From an uncultured Pirellulales bacterium (GTDB lineage: Bacteria; Planctomycetota; Phycisphaerae; Sedimentisphaerales; Anaerobacaceae): DNA of 14,899 nucleotides. Below, in pieces: positions 1 to 6,824 of this stretch. Each line of letters begins with the position of its first letter. The stretch's first letter is position 1. The stretch is taken from positions 1 through 14,899 of the forward strand of contig CAZOVR010000062.1 in assembly GCA_964583405.1 (NCBI GenBank), written 5' to 3'. A program made the translations under genes and the position numbers. The notes beneath the pieces were generated by a model. That model saw nothing but the letters and a program-made list of their open reading frames with translations, was not told the DNA's origin and ran no database searches.

Positions 1-195
1 GCTGTTTTCTATACGTATGACGATAACGGCTCGCTTATAAAGAAGATAATCGCAGATAAAGATGAGGCCGACCCCGACAATAACTTCGAGCAGAAAACGC
101 TCTATACCTATAGCCTTCAGAATCGCCTTGTCGAGATAAATTGGGTTCGTTTGGGTTTGAATTGGGTTTGTTTTTGGCTTTCGACAAAATTGTAG
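1..195 (+). CDS. 3' end of an ORF entering the window (frame 1: AVFYTYDDNGSLIKKIIADKDEADPDNNFEQKTLYTYSLQNRLVEINWVRLGLNWVCFWLSTKL*). It shows YD-repeat-like motifs (YTYDDNGSL, YTYSLQNRLVEI). It is possibly a truncated or disrupted RHS/YD-repeat protein tail.
   Basis: The frame is open from base 1 to TAG at 193-195. 'xYxYDxxGxL' motifs recur, as in YD/RHS repeats. The last 20 codons are encoded by tandem TTGGGTT(T/C)G repeats and look non-native. Confidence 0.3.
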   Translation, partial: AVFYTYDDNGSLIKKIIADKDEADPDNNFEQKTLYTYSLQNRLVEINWVRLGLNWVCFWLSTKL

Positions 196-362
196 ATTTT
201 GCGTAAGATTCTGGTAAACAAAGGGATACGTCGATTTAGAGAATATTAAATTGGGTTTGTTTTGCATAAAAAGGTTGTATTTTTTGACGCAGATTTCGCT
301 AATTTCACTGAAATAATTCACCACAGAGAACGCAAAGAGCACTGAGAAATAGGTGGTCATAA

Positions 363-965
363 TTAGATACCTGGTTGATGGTTGGTTAACTGTTTGAGGG
401 GATTCGCGGAGCCATTATTTAGTTCTCTGATGAGGGTTAGTCTTTGAAGTTCAATCAGTGTTCTGTACAAGCTGTGCTCCAGTCGGCGTTCATACATTAA
501 CAGCCGTTCGAGTACCCTTGCATTCGAGAAGTCTTTTATCGCTAAACGGCCAAGAGCCAATTCCGGATTAGAATCTGAGGAATGGTCCTGCGCGAGGTGC
601 AGACCTTTGAAAAAGAGAGATTTTTGCAGTTCAACTAATGGGCCGGTGGTATTACGTTTGTTCAACGCATCAATTGTCTGGTTCTGGATATGCGCAGCTC
701 GTTTGAGCCGCCAAGATAAAGTTATGATTCGCTCGGCAAGTATTGATTCGACGGGGGTTTGCGGCGCCAGCTCATCGAGTAATTTAGCTCGGTGCAGGTT
801 GAATTCGGCCTGGTCTTCAGAGTCGATTACGTTGCGGCGGGCTAAGAAGCCGTGGGATGCGGCATTTTTAGAGACGGCGGTTCTTCCGCGGGGGCTTTTT
901 GGACCGGTTGATTTCCGGGCGTTGCGACGATTAGCGAGGATTTGAGCCTGAGTAGCCATTTTCAC
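363..965 (-). CDS. Hypothetical 200-aa protein with an Arg/Lys-rich N-terminus and helical remainder. Function unknown.
   Basis: The ORF is 200 aa. A strong Shine-Dalgarno site (GGAGGTG) lies 5 nt upstream of the ATG, at 961-972 on the reverse complement. GC content is normal, with no internal stops. The overlapping antisense ORF 607-945 is low-complexity. Confidence 0.55.
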   Translation of the reverse strand: MKMATQAQILANRRNARKSTGPKSPRGRTAVSKNAASHGFLARRNVIDSEDQAEFNLHRAKLLDELAPQTPVESILAERIITLSWRLKRAAHIQNQTIDALNKRNTTGPLVELQKSLFFKGLHLAQDHSSDSNPELALGRLAIKDFSNARVLERLLMYERRLEHSLYRTLIELQRLTLIRELNNGSANPLKQLTNHQPGI

Positions 966-1229
966 CTCCGGGGGATTTAATGTTGAATTTTGAATTCTTA
1001 ATGTTTAATGAATGCTAATAAAATATTATATTAGTTTGATATATATTATACTCTGGACCAAGTTGTTTGTCAAGTAAAAAATGTAAAATAAGGGCAAAAG
1101 AGCATAAGTGCTTAAAAGATAAAGACTAATGACTAATATTAGCCACAGAGTACACCTAGATCACAGAGGGATATAAATTCATAAGTCGTTTTATAGTAAG
1201 TAGATGCGTACATTTTGCTTGCTGCTCAC

Positions 1230-1660
1230 CTGATTAACTGATAACCTGGATTTACACCCGTCTTCGCCAAAAGGCTACGCCGAGGCAGGCAAATTGACAC
1301 AAAATTGGGTGTTTTCATTAGTTTTTTAACCGCGGATTGCGAGGATTTACGCGGATTTTGCTTCGATGCATGCGATTTCACCGCCTTTTGCATCCGTAGG
1401 CCCAAACCTCCGGGCAAGTACCCTTCGGCAGGCTCAGGGCAGGTTCCTTGCCGCACTGGTTTGCAACCTAAGTCTGCTGTTCTTTCAGAACTTACATCAA
1501 AGCCTGTCTTGATTCTATCGTTAGACACGGGTTTACACGGATTAACACTGTTTTTAGTCATAAAATCCGCTTTTATTGCGAGTTTTTGAGGAAAATTTGT
1601 TTTTTTGAGGTTTTAGGGTGTTTTTTTCAAAATTCGGTGTTCGTCCCCGGCGTGCCGGGA
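1230..1660. other. ORF-poor, GC-normal island flanked by AT-rich tracts. It is a candidate structured non-coding RNA or gene remnant, and is unassigned.
   Basis: Only two mutually overlapping ORFs occur here (1226-1561 -, 1305-1589 +). Both give compositionally implausible, low-complexity proteins. Local GC is near 50% versus below 30% on either side. Loose ~22-nt repeats of the form 'gcggatt...tgcat' occur around 1330-1400. A hairpin cccggcgtgccggg lies at 1644-1657. Confidence 0.2.
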
Positions 1661-1809
1661 TTCGCAATTCCTATTGTTATATAATTATATAACATAGCGG
1701 GTATTATACCATATTTAGAACGGAAAGTCAAGGAAAAAATGCGGTTTATTTGAAATAAATGCAGATTTTTATTGTTGTTATTAGTTCTAATATAGTGCTT
1801 AGCCTAATG

Positions 1810-1840
1810 AAAAAGGCCAGCTTTTATGGCTGGCCTTTTT
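1810..1840. terminator. Bidirectional rho-independent terminator (AAAAA-GGCCAGC-loop-GCTGGCC-TTTTT).
   Basis: A perfect 7-bp GC-rich stem (1815-1821 / 1829-1835) is flanked by A5 and T5. It lies 30 nt downstream of the stop of the minus-strand gene 1870-2256. Confidence 0.6.
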
Positions 1841-1869
1841 GATGAAGTAGTTTATATGGACGATGATTC

Positions 1870-2256
1870 TCAATAGGAAAGCTCTGTTTTCCCATACGGA
1901 TTGTATGGCAAAGGCAGAGGACTTGGCTTATTCCAGCGCGAATCATATATCGGGTTGCTAAAAGAAGAAGCAGGCAAAGAACTCTGTTCTTGGTAACAAG
2001 TTGCATCGAGATTACTCATAGTGCTAAAACGCTTAGTACCTCTTTTGCCTGTGTAAGGATTAATATTTGGGTAGGTACTCCAGTTATTATAGGGATTGCC
2101 ATCAGGATCAGAGCGATAGTGAGGTTGGACATACGTTCCGTTACTTCGGTAGTAACCGCGAACTCGCACATCAGCGTTAGCCACAGCAGTGATTACAAGA
2201 ACAAGGGTAATTACTACAAAAATCGACATTGAAAAGAGTGTTGCTAAAGTTTTCAT
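1870..2256 (-). CDS. Small secreted protein of 128 aa. It has an N-terminal signal peptide, and the mature part is rich in Tyr/Asn/Pro (motif ...RVRGYYRSNGTYVQPHYRSDPDGNPYNNWSTYPNINPYTGK...).
   Basis: A strong SD (AAGGAGA) sits 6 nt upstream of the ATG. The N-terminus MKTLATLFSMSIFVVITLVLVITAVANA is hydrophobic and is followed by the signal peptidase-like site ANA-DV. A terminator hairpin lies downstream. The gene is divergent from the ECF sigma gene. Confidence 0.7.
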   Translation of the reverse strand: MKTLATLFSMSIFVVITLVLVITAVANADVRVRGYYRSNGTYVQPHYRSDPDGNPYNNWSTYPNINPYTGKRGTKRFSTMSNLDATCYQEQSSLPASSFSNPIYDSRWNKPSPLPLPYNPYGKTELSY

Positions 2257-2370
2257 TTTGTTTCTCCTTAAGATTTTGGGTTTCTATTTACTTTTCTTTT
2301 TTGCTTTTTGGACTTATCCATTTTGCTCTATTCTTATCAGAGGCAAAAAAGTCATAAGCGAACGTTTTAA

Positions 2371-2399
2371 TTGAAAATTTTCTAAAAAGCGGTTAATAT
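2371..2399 (+). promoter_or_regulatory. Putative sigma-70-type promoter TTGAAA-N17-TAATAT upstream of the ECF sigma / kinase operon.
   Basis: The -35 hexamer TTGAAA (2371-2376) and -10 hexamer TAATAT (2394-2399) are separated by a 17-nt spacer. The ATG lies about 35 nt downstream (2434). This is sequence-pattern evidence only. Confidence 0.35.
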
Positions 2400-2433
2400 C
2401 CTCGTAAACCTTTAATTATTAGAGGTTTCGAGA

Positions 2434-3048
2434 ATGGAGAATACTGTTAATTATCAGACCCAGCGTTTAGTTGCCCTTGCCAAAAATGGCGATCAAGCCG
2501 CTATAAACCAGCTATGTAAAGCATATAATGAGCGTGTACTTCGAATAATACGCATGCGCTTGGGGCCGGAATTGCGAACGAAACTGCAGTCGATGGATTT
2601 GGTACAGGATGCCTTTATTTCAGCCTTGAGGAGTATGGAGAACTTCGTTTATAAAAGCGAAGGCGACTTTTTGCGATGGATTTCGAAGATAGCCGAAAAC
2701 AGACTCAAGGATAATTTAGAAAAATTACATGCAAATAAACGTGATATTCGTAAAGAAGTTCCGCTTAACACCAATAGGCCGACTACTCAACAAACCTTTA
2801 TTCCTACTACTGAGCCAATCGATGCTACGACACCGAGTTTGATAATATCCAGAAGAGAGGATTTAGACAGACTAGAAAAAGCGATGGAAAATCTAAAACC
2901 AGAATACAGAGAAGTGATTACCCTAACGAAAATCGAGGGGCTGTCTTATAAAGAGGTAGCAAGTCGATTGGAAAAAGGTCCGGATGCAGTGAGAATGTTA
3001 CTCTCAAGGGCAATGATAGCTCTAGGCCAGACTTTTGAAAAAATATAA
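2434..3048 (+). CDS. ECF-type RNA polymerase sigma-70 family factor (sigma-2 and sigma-4 regions). It has an unusually long Thr/Pro-rich inter-domain linker.
   Basis: The 204-aa protein has a region-2-like segment (…VLRIIRMRLGPELRTKLQSMDLVQDAFISALRSMENF…) and a region-4 helix-turn-helix (…EYREVITLTKIEGLSYKEVASRLEKGPDAVRMLLSRAMIAL…). An RBS 'agagg' precedes the ATG. The stop TAA overlaps the ATG of the downstream kinase (ATAATGA). Confidence 0.9.
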   Translation: MENTVNYQTQRLVALAKNGDQAAINQLCKAYNERVLRIIRMRLGPELRTKLQSMDLVQDAFISALRSMENFVYKSEGDFLRWISKIAENRLKDNLEKLHANKRDIRKEVPLNTNRPTTQQTFIPTTEPIDATTPSLIISRREDLDRLEKAMENLKPEYREVITLTKIEGLSYKEVASRLEKGPDAVRMLLSRAMIALGQTFEKI

Positions 3049-5321
3049 TGAAAGAATTTGAAAATAATTCGGGAAATCTTATCGAGCAAGCCGTTCAATT
3101 GTTTATAGATGCTCAATTGCAGGGCCAAAGACCTGATATAGATGAGTTTGTCAAGCAATATCCAAAGCTTGAAAACCAAATTAGGCAGAAGCTCCAGAAT
3201 TTAGACAAAATCGAGAACCTATTCAACTGCCTTATGCAGGCAGATGAAAGCGAATTCAGGGAAACAACGGCTGAATATAATCTTATCGGCCAAAAGCTCG
3301 GAGATTTTGAAATACTTGAATTGATTGGGCAAGGTGGAATGGGTGCAGTTTTTCTCGCCCGGCAAGTACCACTCGACAGAGAAGTTGCTCTTAAAATCAT
3401 CAGTTCCGTCGGCGGTAAGAAAGCCAAGAACTTGGATAGGTTCAAACGTGAAAGTAAAGTTCTAGCTAAAATCTCCCATCCGAATATCGTTCCTATTTAC
3501 GAAGTCGGACAACATGGCCCATATTCATATTTTGCAATGGAGTATGTAAAAGGCACATCCCTTGACAAGATTCTAAGCAGTATTCGCAACGCAGGTTCTG
3601 ACAAAAAGGCAAGTGAGGTTCTGCGCAAATGTCTGGAGGCTCAAGATAGGATTTACGATGTTAGCCCTTCCAAAGATAACGGTTCTAAAGGCACTGAAAT
3701 CGACACCGATTATATCGTTGAAATAAGCAAGACTATTATTAGCATTGCCACTGCTTTGGACTATGCCCATAATAAAGGAGTTTTACATCGTGATATAAAA
3801 CCATCAAATATTCTTATCGCTTCTGACGGAACAGCAAAGTTAGTGGATTTTGGTTTAGCAAAGAGCCAGGCCCAGGAAACAATAACAATTACAGGTGAGT
3901 TTTTTGGAACTCCCAGTTATGTCTCACCCGAACAGATTCGTAAACCTGAAACAGTTGATGGCCGAAGTGATGTCTTTTCACTTGCAGCAACTTACTATGA
4001 ATGCCTTACTTTGCACACTCCATTTGGCGGAGATACCGTCAATGAAACACTGACACAGGTAATCTCCAAAGAGGCTGTTCCGCCAAAGAAATATTGCCCT
4101 CGACTTTCAACCGATTTCAATACGGTTCTGCTCCATGCCCTTGAAAAATCTTCCGAAGATAGATATCAAACCGCTGGTGATTTTGTTACTGATATAAGAA
4201 ATATTTTGGAATTTAAACCCATAATTGCAAAAAAGCCCAGCATTACCAGAAGGGTTTATAAAACTATTCGCCGAAATCCATTAAAGATAGCTTTTTTTGG
4301 AGTTTCCATTTTAGTAATTATTTTAGGATATTATATGTTAACTGGTTTTATACAAACAAAAAACAAAACCGATACAATTAAATACCAAACAGCTGGACTT
4401 CGTGAATATGAAGCTGGAAGATTCATAGAAGCTGTCACATTATTTGAAAAAGCATTGGAGCTAAATCCCAAAAATGCAGAAATTCATTATTATATCGGCG
4501 AGTGTTATGCACTGGATAATAACGAAAAAGCAATTGAAGCTTATCAAATGGCCGTCAAAATTGATCCCAAACACGCTGCGGCATATTGGGGATTAGGTTT
4601 ATGTTATGCTGATATGGAACAATATCAGCAATCAATAAATAATTATAAGAAAGCTATTGAAATTGACCCACACAATGCCGACACTCACTTCGGCATTGCT
4701 GATTCTTATGCTGCATTGGGGCACAGTTCTGAAGCATCTAACGCTTACTCTAAAGCGGCTATGATTTACAAACTCCAAGGGAAATATGAAGATGCTATAG
4801 AATCTTTTAAGGCAGTTATTAAAAACGCGAATACTAAAAAGGAAAAAGCAAAAATAAACATCGAACTTGGAACACTATTTACCCATCTTAGACGTTTTGA
4901 GGAAGCTATTGAGGCTTACCAGTATGCTCTTGAAAATCTCGATAGCGACCATTTTAAATATTTCCTTTATAAGGAAATGGCTTCGATTTTAGTCATTGAA
5001 ATGAAGCGTTACAATGAAGCTATTCCATTATTAAAAGGAGCTATCAACATCAATCCCCAAGAGTCGATATTATACACATGGCTAGGTAATTGCTATGCTG
5101 GTTTGGGGCAATATCAAGAGGCGATAGATGCCTACAGTCAGAGTATAAAGATAAACCCCAATGACTTTCAAACCCTAAGCTTCATGGCACATTGTTACAA
5201 TATGATAGGAGATGAAAAAAAAGCTCAAGATTGTTTAGAAAAGGCCATTGAACTAACTGATGGCGAAACAAAAACTGAATATATAAAGCGCCTTGAGGAA
5301 TACAAAGCTAAAGAGCCATAG
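3048..5321 (+). CDS. Membrane Ser/Thr protein kinase (Hanks-type) with a single transmembrane helix and a C-terminal TPR-repeat domain predicted to be extracytoplasmic. It is translationally coupled to the ECF sigma gene.
   Basis: Kinase motifs are present: the Gly loop GQGGMGAVF, VAIK-like ALKII, catalytic loop HRDIKPSNIL, DFGLAK, and GTPSYVSPEQ. A positive-inside stretch KKPSITRRVYKTIRRNPLK precedes the TM helix IAFFGVSILVIILGYYMLTGFI. At least 8 TPR-like repeats follow (AEIHYYIGECYAL…, AAAYWGLGLCYAD…, ADTHFGIADSYAA… and others). Confidence 0.9.
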   Translation: MKEFENNSGNLIEQAVQLFIDAQLQGQRPDIDEFVKQYPKLENQIRQKLQNLDKIENLFNCLMQADESEFRETTAEYNLIGQKLGDFEILELIGQGGMGAVFLARQVPLDREVALKIISSVGGKKAKNLDRFKRESKVLAKISHPNIVPIYEVGQHGPYSYFAMEYVKGTSLDKILSSIRNAGSDKKASEVLRKCLEAQDRIYDVSPSKDNGSKGTEIDTDYIVEISKTIISIATALDYAHNKGVLHRDIKPSNILIASDGTAKLVDFGLAKSQAQETITITGEFFGTPSYVSPEQIRKPETVDGRSDVFSLAATYYECLTLHTPFGGDTVNETLTQVISKEAVPPKKYCPRLSTDFNTVLLHALEKSSEDRYQTAGDFVTDIRNILEFKPIIAKKPSITRRVYKTIRRNPLKIAFFGVSILVIILGYYMLTGFIQTKNKTDTIKYQTAGLREYEAGRFIEAVTLFEKALELNPKNAEIHYYIGECYALDNNEKAIEAYQMAVKIDPKHAAAYWGLGLCYADMEQYQQSINNYKKAIEIDPHNADTHFGIADSYAALGHSSEASNAYSKAAMIYKLQGKYEDAIESFKAVIKNANTKKEKAKINIELGTLFTHLRRFEEAIEAYQYALENLDSDHFKYFLYKEMASILVIEMKRYNEAIPLLKGAININPQESILYTWLGNCYAGLGQYQEAIDAYSQSIKINPNDFQTLSFMAHCYNMIGDEKKAQDCLEKAIELTDGETKTEYIKRLEEYKAKEP

Positions 5322-5522
5322 CGGAAGTGAACTGAAGAAAAGTACCTGCGACCGTGACGGTAAACGAAACGACAACCCCGGACCGTGCCCGGATAAAAGA
5401 ACACCCCCGTCGCGAGCAACGGGGCTAATCAAAGCAGAAACCCCGCAATAATCCAATAATGTGTGTCAACCGGTACATGGGTAACACTTTATACCGGCGA
5501 CATGGGTAACACTTTCCAGAGT

Positions 5523-6722
5523 TTATAATCTCTTAGCTCCGCCGGAGGCGGAGCTAAGAGATCGGCTTCTGCTCGGCCTAATCCACCACTTCCTGTGGTC
5601 TATCAGGCCCAGTAAATAACCACAATACCATAATCTACTTGCATCCTCACTTACCTGCTCAATACCAACATATTCGCCTGCCAGACTCTCGGTCGTAAAC
5701 AATCGTTTACCAAGATAATAAATATCACCATGCGGATAAACACGCCGAACCTGCATATGATCCGGATAACTAATCTGCGACAGACGAGATGAGAACTCTC
5801 TTTTTGAAGGCCGGTAACATTGTGACGGACTGCGCATCTCTAACGCTTCGTGCGGCCTGTGCTCATTGTATTCGCTGCAAAACGCATTGAAACGTCTCTG
5901 CTGTTGAACAAGACTTTTAGCCGGCGGTTTAGCTGTATGGTATTTAAGCGTTTTATGTATTCGTTCATGTCGGCCGTTCTGCTCAGGATGACCTGGTTTA
6001 ATTCGTTCCGGATGAATGCCCATACGAATCCACCAGTAGCTCAATCTGCTCAATCCGCCAAGGCCGCGAGAAGCGAACGGTGTGCCGTTATCAGTACGGA
6101 TTACTTCGGGCAAACCATATTCACGAAAAACCCGCTCAAAATGCATTTTAACCAATTCATAGCTCATCCTGTCCACATGCCGACAGCACAAAAGATAACG
6201 GCTTGCATGGTCACTGATAGTCAGCGGGTTACAGCGACTGCCGTCAGCGGTCTTGAAATGTCCCTTGAAGTCCGCACACCATACCTGGTTGCTGTAGCGA
6301 CCACTGGTTAAAGGCGACTCGGTCGGCGTGGCTCTGCGACGACGTTTGCGCCGACAGGTAAGACCTTGCCGCTGTAAAAATAAACCTATCGTAGAAATCG
6401 CAGGATAGTTTTGCCAACCGGGACGCTCACGCTGGAGCCTGACTCTTATTTTGGGCGCACCCCACTTTGGAAAACGTTTCTTGATGGCAAGGATTGCCTG
6501 CTTAACCTAATGCGATATCTCATGCGGATGACTGAGTGGTGCACGACTACGGTCCTGCAAAGCTTCCATACCGCCTTGTCTATAGCGTTGGAGCCATTTA
6601 TATCCTGTCTTTCTGCTGATTCGGTAATAATCACACAGCTCTACCATAGAGTAAGTACCGTCCAATACATCGATTATGAATTTAACTCTTTCGTCCATAA
6701 CACAGGTTTGGGTCCAAGGCAT
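5523..6722 (-). pseudogene. IS481-family DDE transposase, about 399 codons, interrupted by a single in-frame TAG at 6507-6509. The N-terminal HTH ORF is 6510-6722. The remaining frame (6506 down to 5523) carries the rve catalytic core.
   Basis: The ORFs 6507-6722 and 5523-6191 share a frame. Hand translation of the 105 intervening codons (VKQQILAIKKRFPKWGAPKIRVRLQRERPGWQNYPAISTIGLFLQRQGLTCRRKRRRRATPTESPLTSGRYSNQVWCADFKGHFKTADGSRCNPLTISDHASRYLL…) shows no further stop. Integrase-core motifs are present: VIRTDNGTPF and HPEQNGRHERIHKTLK. Confidence 0.75.
5530..5560. repeat. Perfect 14-bp-arm palindrome with a 3-nt loop (CTCTTAGCTCCGCC-GGA-GGCGGAGCTAAGAG), located inside the 3' end of the transposase reading frame.
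   Basis: Read directly: 5530-5543 is the exact reverse complement of 5547-5560. It encodes the transposase C-terminal residues …LSSASGGAKRL. Confidence 0.5.
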
Positions 6723-6824
6723 AATGTGCCCTCCATTTTTGGAGGGCTATTATATCTATCAACTGTTACCCATGTTCTTGGCATAATCTGTAACCTATCT
6801 TACCGGTTTGTACCCCCGACGTAA

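Larger units (their letters stand above)
5462..6813 (-). mobile_element. IS481-family insertion sequence (~1.35 kb) with imperfect ~50-bp terminal inverted repeats. The boundaries are approximate.
   Basis: The left end reads caaccggta…(g)acatgggtaacac (5467-5513). The reverse complement of the right end reads caaaccggta…gaacatgggtaacag (6810-6762). Enclosed is a DDE (rve) transposase with an N-terminal HTH, which is the typical IS481 organisation. Confidence 0.7.

Noticed and set aside
607-945. Plus-strand 112-aa ORF
   Set aside because: It lies entirely antisense inside the better-supported minus-strand ORF 363-965. It has no SD and gives a Ser/Cys/Arg-rich low-complexity product.
1226-1589. 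Two overlapping ORFs (111 aa minus, 94 aa plus) as protein-coding genes
   Set aside because: They overlap one another on opposite strands. Both products are compositionally implausible (K/R/S/P-rich or Cys/Phe-rich), with no RBS. The region is treated as possible ncRNA or remnant instead.
1230-1660. RNase P RNA, tmRNA, SRP RNA or 6S RNA
   Set aside because: I looked for hallmark strings: GGAAAGTCCGGGCTC and ACAGAACCCGGCTTA for RNase P, the tRNA-like GGTTCGA…CCACCA end for tmRNA, and GGAAGCAGCC for SRP. None was found on either strand.
2946-3770. Minus-strand ORFs 2946-3179, 3113-3445 and 3573-3770
   Set aside because: They are antisense shadows inside the sigma and kinase genes.
5225-5456. 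Minus-strand ORFs 5225-5419 and 5253-5456
   Set aside because: They overlap the kinase 3' end and the intergenic spacer, with no RBS and low-complexity products. The hairpin ccccgtcgcgagcaacgggg (5405-5424) here is more likely a weak terminator for the kinase operon.
5850-6311. Plus-strand 153-aa ORF
   Set aside because: It is antisense within the transposase catalytic core.
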